DNA from: Cupriavidus necator
GTDB lineage: Bacteria > Pseudomonadota > Gammaproteobacteria > Burkholderiales > Burkholderiaceae
Direction: 5' to 3'
NCBI RefSeq assembly: GCF_016127575.1
Contig: NZ_CP066018.1
Location: 3,360,001-3,392,000 of the forward strand
Length of the DNA stretch: 32,000 nucleotides
In this document: positions 27,586-32,000 of the stretch, piece after piece
Position numbering within the stretch: the first letter of the stretch is position 1
Layout: each line of letters opens with the position of its first letter
Translations under genes and position numbers: made by a program
The notes under the pieces: generated by a model
What the model saw: only the letters and a program-made list of their open reading frames with translations
Told to the model about the DNA's origin: nothing
Database searches by the model: none

Positions 27586-27804
27586 ATGAAGAATCGCTTG
27601 CAGTCATGCACACCGGAGAAACGGCCAGGATGGCGCAGGCTTGCCGCCTGCGCGTTGGTGCCGCTATGCACAGCGTGTACCGCCGTACCGGACCTGCTGC
27701 GGCCGCCGAAGCCACGCACCGCCGCGCTGGCGGCAGGCAGCCTGGGCCAACTCGTACCTGGTGCCAGCGGTATTGCCTGTAGCGCGGACACGAAGACGGC
27801 TTGA
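27586..27804 (+). CDS. small (72 aa) putative exported/lipoprotein-like protein
   Basis: Perfect AAGGAG lies 6 nt upstream of the ATG. The N-terminus is basic, followed by the hydrophobic segment LAACALVPLCTAC. Low complexity afterwards lowers confidence. Confidence 0.45.
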   Translation: MKNRLQSCTPEKRPGWRRLAACALVPLCTACTAVPDLLRPPKPRTAALAAGSLGQLVPGASGIACSADTKTA

Positions 27805-27814
27805 TGCACGACAA
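27801..27814 (+). promoter_or_regulatory. FNR-like box TTGATGCACGACAA
   Basis: 8/10 match. A -10-like TATAGA lies at 27834-27839. It is 69 nt upstream of the tandem USP start and overlaps the stop codon of the small ORF. Confidence 0.5.
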
Positions 27815-27882
27815 ATCCGGGGCGGGGTGGCGATATAGATTCAAGAAAAGCTCCGTCCGGGGCTGCCTGATGGAGTCAATCC

Positions 27883-28722
27883 ATGGACTACGCAACGATC
27901 CTGGTTCATCTCGATGCCGGCCGCCGCGTGTACGACCGGCTGCACCTCGCGACCCGGCTGGCGCTGGAGTTTCATTCCACGCTGGTTGGCCTGCTAGCCG
28001 TCGGCAAGCCGGATCCCACCGCCGTGCGCTACCTGGTGGACGGTGACCGCAATCTTGCCTCTTACACCGAATGGCGGCATCAGGTCGGCGAGCGGGCCCG
28101 TCACGCCCTGATGGGCGCAACGGACGAGGTAACCGTCATTACGGAATGGCGGGCGCCGGACTGGGCCACGGCGGCAACGGTCCAGGCAGAGGCGCATCGG
28201 GCGGATCTTGTCATCCTCGGACAGCACGATCCCACTGATGAAGCCGCCTACGCCGAGCCCGGCTTTGTTGAATCCATTGTGCTGGGATGCGGGCGGCCGG
28301 TGCTGGTGGTTCCGTATGCGGGCCGGTTCCCGAGCGTTGGCAAGAACATCATGGTGGCGTGGAACGGCAGCCGCGAGTCGGCGCGGGCCATCCGCGATGC
28401 GCTTCCGCTCCTGCAGCGCGCGGGCACTGTGGAGGTGGTCTCGTGGACACCGTCTGGGGTTCTGAAGGGGACATGGGTTTCGCCGCCTCAGCATGCCGTG
28501 GACTGGCTGGGTCGGCATGGCGTGGCGGTGCAGCTTTGCACGTTTGGAGCGGAAGACGGCGAAGACGTCGGCCAGATGTTACTCTCACACGCCGCGGACC
28601 GAAATGCTGACCTGATCGTCATGGGGGCCTACGGGCACAGCCGGGTGCACGAGCTGGTCCTTGGCGGTGTCACCCGCACGTTGCTTGAGTCGATGACAGT
28701 GCCGGTCCTGATGTCGCACTGA
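27883..28722 (+). CDS. tandem-domain universal stress protein
   Basis: MDYATILVHLDAG ... GAYGHSRVHELVLGGVTRTLLESMTVPVLMSH. It is a paralog of 11516-12346. Confidence 0.9.
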   Translation: MDYATILVHLDAGRRVYDRLHLATRLALEFHSTLVGLLAVGKPDPTAVRYLVDGDRNLASYTEWRHQVGERARHALMGATDEVTVITEWRAPDWATAATVQAEAHRADLVILGQHDPTDEAAYAEPGFVESIVLGCGRPVLVVPYAGRFPSVGKNIMVAWNGSRESARAIRDALPLLQRAGTVEVVSWTPSGVLKGTWVSPPQHAVDWLGRHGVAVQLCTFGAEDGEDVGQMLLSHAADRNADLIVMGAYGHSRVHELVLGGVTRTLLESMTVPVLMSH

Positions 28723-28960
28723 TATTGCCGCAGCGCCTCGGCGATGCGATGAAGTGAGGTGCGGTGCGGTTCGGCTGCTGCCAGGGAGCGGGATGTGGGA
28801 CAAAACCGAACACTCCACCAGCTTGCGCGGGGTTTCTGGAATGAGTTCCTTAGGCGTCGGCCGGCATTTCCCGTGTCCGACGGCATGTTTCCGTTCGATC
28901 CGGCTACCCGAAAGTTTGCCCGCTCGCAAGGTTGCCAGGCGCAGCACAGTGAACAAGAGG

Positions 28961-30736
28961 CTAGGGTTCCAGCACGTAGGTACCAGGAGCGTCCGCGAGC
29001 CCCTGGCCCGGCGCCTGTCGCGTGCAGCGCGCTGTCGAGTGGGCCACTAGCCAGTCATGCCACGCCGGCCACCAGGAACCGTCGCGGTACACAGCTACGT
29101 TGAGGAATTGCTCCGGGCTCAGGTAGGGCGCGGCGGGCAATCGCGTATGCACATGGTAGCGCCGGCCCGGGTGGCCCGGCTCGGACACGATGCCTGCGTT
29201 GTGGCCGCCCGAGGTCAGCAAGAAGGTCAGTTCAGCCTTGGTCAGTAAGTGCAGCTTGTACACGGAGCGCCAGGGCGAGACGTGGTCGTGTTCGGTGCCA
29301 ACCACGAAAAGCGGGAGGTCGAGGTCCGACAGGGCGACGGGCTGTCCGCCCACGCACAGCTTGCCGGTGGCCAGCTCATTGCCCAGGAACAGCTTGTGCA
29401 GGCATTCCGAATGCAGGCGGTAAGGCAAGCGGGTGGTGTCGCGGTTCCAGGAGACCAGATCGTTGGCGCGCAAACGTTGGCCGAGCAAATACTCGCTCAT
29501 TACGCGCGACCAGATCAGGTCCTGGGCGTTCAGCATCTGAAAGGCAGACTTCATCTGAGGCCCGTCCAGATATCCCTGACTCCACATGAGGGCGTCGAGC
29601 GTGGCGAGCGAGCTCTTGTCGATGAACAGGCCCAGTTCGCCCGGATCATGGAAATCGGTCTCTGAGGCAAAGAGCGTCATGCTGGCCAGTGGCCCGCCGG
29701 CGGCGTCGCGGGCGAGCATGGCGGCACCCGTGGCAAGCAGGGTGCCGCCCAGGCAATACCCGGCGGCGTGGACGTGCGCGCCGTCGCAGCGCGCGTGCAC
29801 GGTGTTGAGCGCGGTCAGAAGCCCGGCCTCCAGATAGGTGTCAAGCCCGAAGTCGCGGGCCGAGGCGTCCGGGTTCTTCCATGAAATCATGAACACGGTA
29901 TGGCCGCTCTCGACCAGGTAGCGCACCAGCGAATCCTCGGGCTTCAGGTCGAGGATGTAGTACCGCATGATCCAGGACGGCACGATCAGCACCGGCTCGC
30001 GCCAGACTGTATTGGCGCCAAGGGCGGGCGCATACTCGATCAGTTCAATTAGTGCGTTGCGGAACACCACCTTGCCAGGCGTGCGCGCCACGTCGCGCCC
30101 GGGTAGAAATTCCAGCGCGGGGCGCCCCGCAGGCAGCCCAGGCACCTTTGACAACAGCTCACTGGCGTCCTGCAGCCAGTGATGGGCGCCTTGCAGGAAG
30201 TTGGCGCCGAAGGTGCTCGAGGCGGTCCTGGCAATGGTCGGATTCATCCACCAAACATTGCCGGGCGCGAGCAGGTCAAGCCATTGCCGGGCGCAGAAGG
30301 CGACGATGTGCTGGTGATGACGCGACAGGCCGTCAATATCCTGCGTCAGCGACTCCCAGAAGGCTTCGTTGCGCATGAACGCATCGCGCCAGCAGCGATA
30401 AGGCCAGTCCTGCCAGCCGGCATCGGCAAAGCGCTGATCGCTGAGGTCAACGGACGGCGGCTCGGCCGCGGTCGGCAACAGCCGTGGCCAGTCCTCGATG
30501 CTGTGCTGCAGCCACACCTGCCATGCCTGCACAATCTTTGCCGGGGAGATGCCGAGCTGCAGCGCCCAGTCGAGTCCGGCCAGACTTGCCGAGATCACCG
30601 ACAGGCCCCCGGTGGCACGGGCCAGGCCGGCGCGGATCTGCTTGTCCATCCAGACTTGCGCCGGTATGGCGGCCTGCGGCGCGCATTCCGGCATGGCCGA
30701 CAGGCTGGGCGGTGACGTCCTGTCGTCGATCCTCAT
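28961..30736 (-). CDS. phaC: class I poly(3-hydroxyalkanoate) synthase
   Basis: 591 aa with the lipase-box-like GYCLGG carrying the catalytic Cys, and downstream GTEHDHVSPW and GGHNAG segments. ATG 30736 overlaps the phaB TGA (ATGA). The longer 707-aa ORF is rejected. Confidence 0.92.
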   Translation of the reverse strand: MRIDDRTSPPSLSAMPECAPQAAIPAQVWMDKQIRAGLARATGGLSVISASLAGLDWALQLGISPAKIVQAWQVWLQHSIEDWPRLLPTAAEPPSVDLSDQRFADAGWQDWPYRCWRDAFMRNEAFWESLTQDIDGLSRHHQHIVAFCARQWLDLLAPGNVWWMNPTIARTASSTFGANFLQGAHHWLQDASELLSKVPGLPAGRPALEFLPGRDVARTPGKVVFRNALIELIEYAPALGANTVWREPVLIVPSWIMRYYILDLKPEDSLVRYLVESGHTVFMISWKNPDASARDFGLDTYLEAGLLTALNTVHARCDGAHVHAAGYCLGGTLLATGAAMLARDAAGGPLASMTLFASETDFHDPGELGLFIDKSSLATLDALMWSQGYLDGPQMKSAFQMLNAQDLIWSRVMSEYLLGQRLRANDLVSWNRDTTRLPYRLHSECLHKLFLGNELATGKLCVGGQPVALSDLDLPLFVVGTEHDHVSPWRSVYKLHLLTKAELTFLLTSGGHNAGIVSEPGHPGRRYHVHTRLPAAPYLSPEQFLNVAVYRDGSWWPAWHDWLVAHSTARCTRQAPGQGLADAPGTYVLEP

Positions 30737-31479
30737 TGCAGGTGTTGCCCGCCGTTGATGGCAAAATTCGCGCCAGTGACGAAGGCCCCGTCGTCGCTGC
30801 ACAGGTAAGAGATCAGCGCCGCGACCTCGGCCGGCTTGCCTAGCCGGCCGACCGGGATAGTCGGCAACACGTCCCGCTCGAGGATCTCGGCGGGCATGTC
30901 CGTCACCATGTGCGTATCCAGGTAGCCCGGCGAAACGGTGTTGACGGTGATGCCTTTGCGTGCGAGTTCCAGCGCCAGCGCCTTGGTGAAGCCATGTACC
31001 CCCGCCTTGGCGGCGGCATAGTTGGTCTGGCCAAAGGCGCCCCGCGAGGCATTGACCGAAGAAATATTGACGATCCGGCCCCAACCGCGCGCCAACATCG
31101 GCTCAACCAGCGGCCGCGTCATATGAAAGAGCGAGTCGAGGTCCGTGCGCAGCACGAAGTCCCAGTCAGCCTTATCCATCTTGCGCAGGGTCCGGTCGCG
31201 CGTGACCCCGGCATTGTTGATCAGAATATCGACGTCGCCGAGCTCGCTGCGCACTTGCGACACGCAGCGCTGGCAGGACGCGAAGTCCGTCACGTCGACC
31301 GGGAACGCCGTGAATTCGCGGCCGGCGGAGCGTTGCGTGCCGAGCCACTGGGCCACGTGGTCATTGTGTACGGAGTGCGTCACCACGACGCGCGCGCCGT
31401 CGGCCAGCAGCCGCACGGCAATCGCTTCGCCGAGGCCGCCCATGCCTCCCGTTACCAGGGCAATGCGTTGTCCGGCCAT
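30733..31479 (-). CDS. phaB: acetoacetyl-CoA reductase (SDR family)
   Basis: 248 aa. It has ALVTGGMGGLGEAI (TGxxxGxG), NNAG and YAAAK (YxxxK), with strong resemblance to PhaB. Confidence 0.92.
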   Translation of the reverse strand: MAGQRIALVTGGMGGLGEAIAVRLLADGARVVVTHSVHNDHVAQWLGTQRSAGREFTAFPVDVTDFASCQRCVSQVRSELGDVDILINNAGVTRDRTLRKMDKADWDFVLRTDLDSLFHMTRPLVEPMLARGWGRIVNISSVNASRGAFGQTNYAAAKAGVHGFTKALALELARKGITVNTVSPGYLDTHMVTDMPAEILERDVLPTIPVGRLGKPAEVAALISYLCSDDGAFVTGANFAINGGQHLQ

Positions 31480-31483
31480 CTCG

Positions 31484-31963
31484 TCAGCTCCGTGACGCGC
31501 CGGCGGGGCGCGCCGGGGCCTTCGCGCCTGGGGTAGGGACGGCCATCAGGCGGCCGACGTTGTCGAACATTTCGCGCGCCGATTCCGCAAAGGGCGCGTA
31601 GCCGCCTCCCTCCACCATGACCCTTTGCTGGTAGTCCTGCCAGGCTTCGGTCGACTCGCGCAGGTGCTCCATGAAGGCCGAGGCCATTTCTATGTAAAGA
31701 CCGCCAATGTCGCGTGCATGTGCGGCGTTGCGCTCGACCTGCGCGGCCAGAATCTGAGCGGGCAGGCCATGGAAGGCGTTCCAGTCTGGCGCATCGTTGA
31801 CGCGGGCGAGCGCCTGCCGGGTGCCTTTTATGTCCTCGTCCAGGGCCTTGAGGCGGAGCCTGAGCAACATCTGGCGCGATTCTTCCCAGCGCAGCCAAAT
31901 GCGCAGGGCGGACTGCTCGGCGCAGCGCGCGAGTTCGAAGGCGGGATCGGTCTGGTCTGGCAT
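31484..31963 (-). CDS. probable phasin-like PHA-granule-associated protein
   Basis: 159-aa helical, Ala/Glu/Gln-rich protein directly upstream of phaB-phaC, 4 nt from the phaB start, with AGGAG 7 nt upstream. The family call rests on context and composition only. Coordinates are from the ORF track; the printed sequence lacks one base near 31921. Confidence 0.5.
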   Translation of the reverse strand: MPDQTDPAFELARCAEQSALRIWLRWEESRQMLLRLRLKALDEDIKGTRQALARVNDAPDWNAFHGLPAQILAAQVERNAAHARDIGGLYIEMASAFMEHLRESTEAWQDYQQRVMVEGGGYAPFAESAREMFDNVGRLMAVPTPGAKAPARPAGASRS

Positions 31964-32000
31964 GGAGGAACTCCTATAGTCAAGCGGCTGGCCTGCCCCG

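Noticed and set aside
30737-31084. 707-aa version of the phaC ORF extending over the 3' half of phaB
   Set aside because: The extension overlaps phaB in another frame and is Arg/Gly-rich filler. ATG 30736 gives a normal 591-aa class I synthase with an ATGA overlap to phaB.
31915-31925. The printed sequence has 31,999 characters and lacks one base (a C after ...gactgctcgg at 31920/31921) relative to the ORF track
   Set aside because: The translations of ORFs 31484..31963 and 31797..31979 require ...ctcggCgcagcgc.... This is a display or formatting discrepancy, not a biological frameshift. ORF-track coordinates were used for the last gene.

Overview
This is a roughly 65% GC, strongly GC3-biased segment that looks like a Burkholderiales chromosome (Cupriavidus/Ralstonia/Burkholderia-like; the taxon is an inference from composition and gene content). 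The left 2.3 kb is core: a membrane protein and guaA. From about 2.36 kb to the right edge there is one long, compositionally mosaic block of low-oxygen/dormancy-type stress genes. It holds a SulP/STAS transporter, DoxX, a P2-type cation ATPase and a beta-CASP MBL hydrolase. It also holds four universal-stress-protein genes (six USP domains), a NarL-type response regulator with no kinase in view, and an aspartate-less receiver protein. An apparent hsp20-CBS-BON-BON-pat operon, an FNR with the complete Fe-S cysteine set, and an AMP/thymidine-phosphorylase-family gene follow. The rest is a PNPOx-like flavoprotein, a TPM-domain protein, alanine dehydrogenase, three CarboxypepD_reg-like paralogs (one decayed by frameshifts) and a phasin-phaB-phaC operon. 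The main sequence-level observations are as follows. (1) Six intergenic FNR boxes (one perfect TTGATCCGGATCAA between divergent genes) have class-II-like spacing to -10-like hexamers, which wires most of the block to the locally encoded FNR. (2) A second, different 17-bp palindrome (GTCAGGGAACCCTGACA / GTCAGTGATCCCTGACA), each copy with an extra half-site 21 bp away, lies upstream of fnr and of the aspartate-less receiver gene. (3) A roughly 74-nt promoter-plus-leader module is duplicated 3.1 kb apart. (4) Codon usage switches abruptly in the last ~100 bp of guaA, which suggests the block is an island integrated into the guaA 3' end. The gene set resembles, from memory, the low-oxygen-activated (lxa) locus of Burkholderia cenocepacia and parallels the mycobacterial DosR regulon. 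No tRNA/rRNA, CRISPR array, IS element or recognisable defence system was seen. All calls come from reading the sequence and the ORF track; no searches were run.
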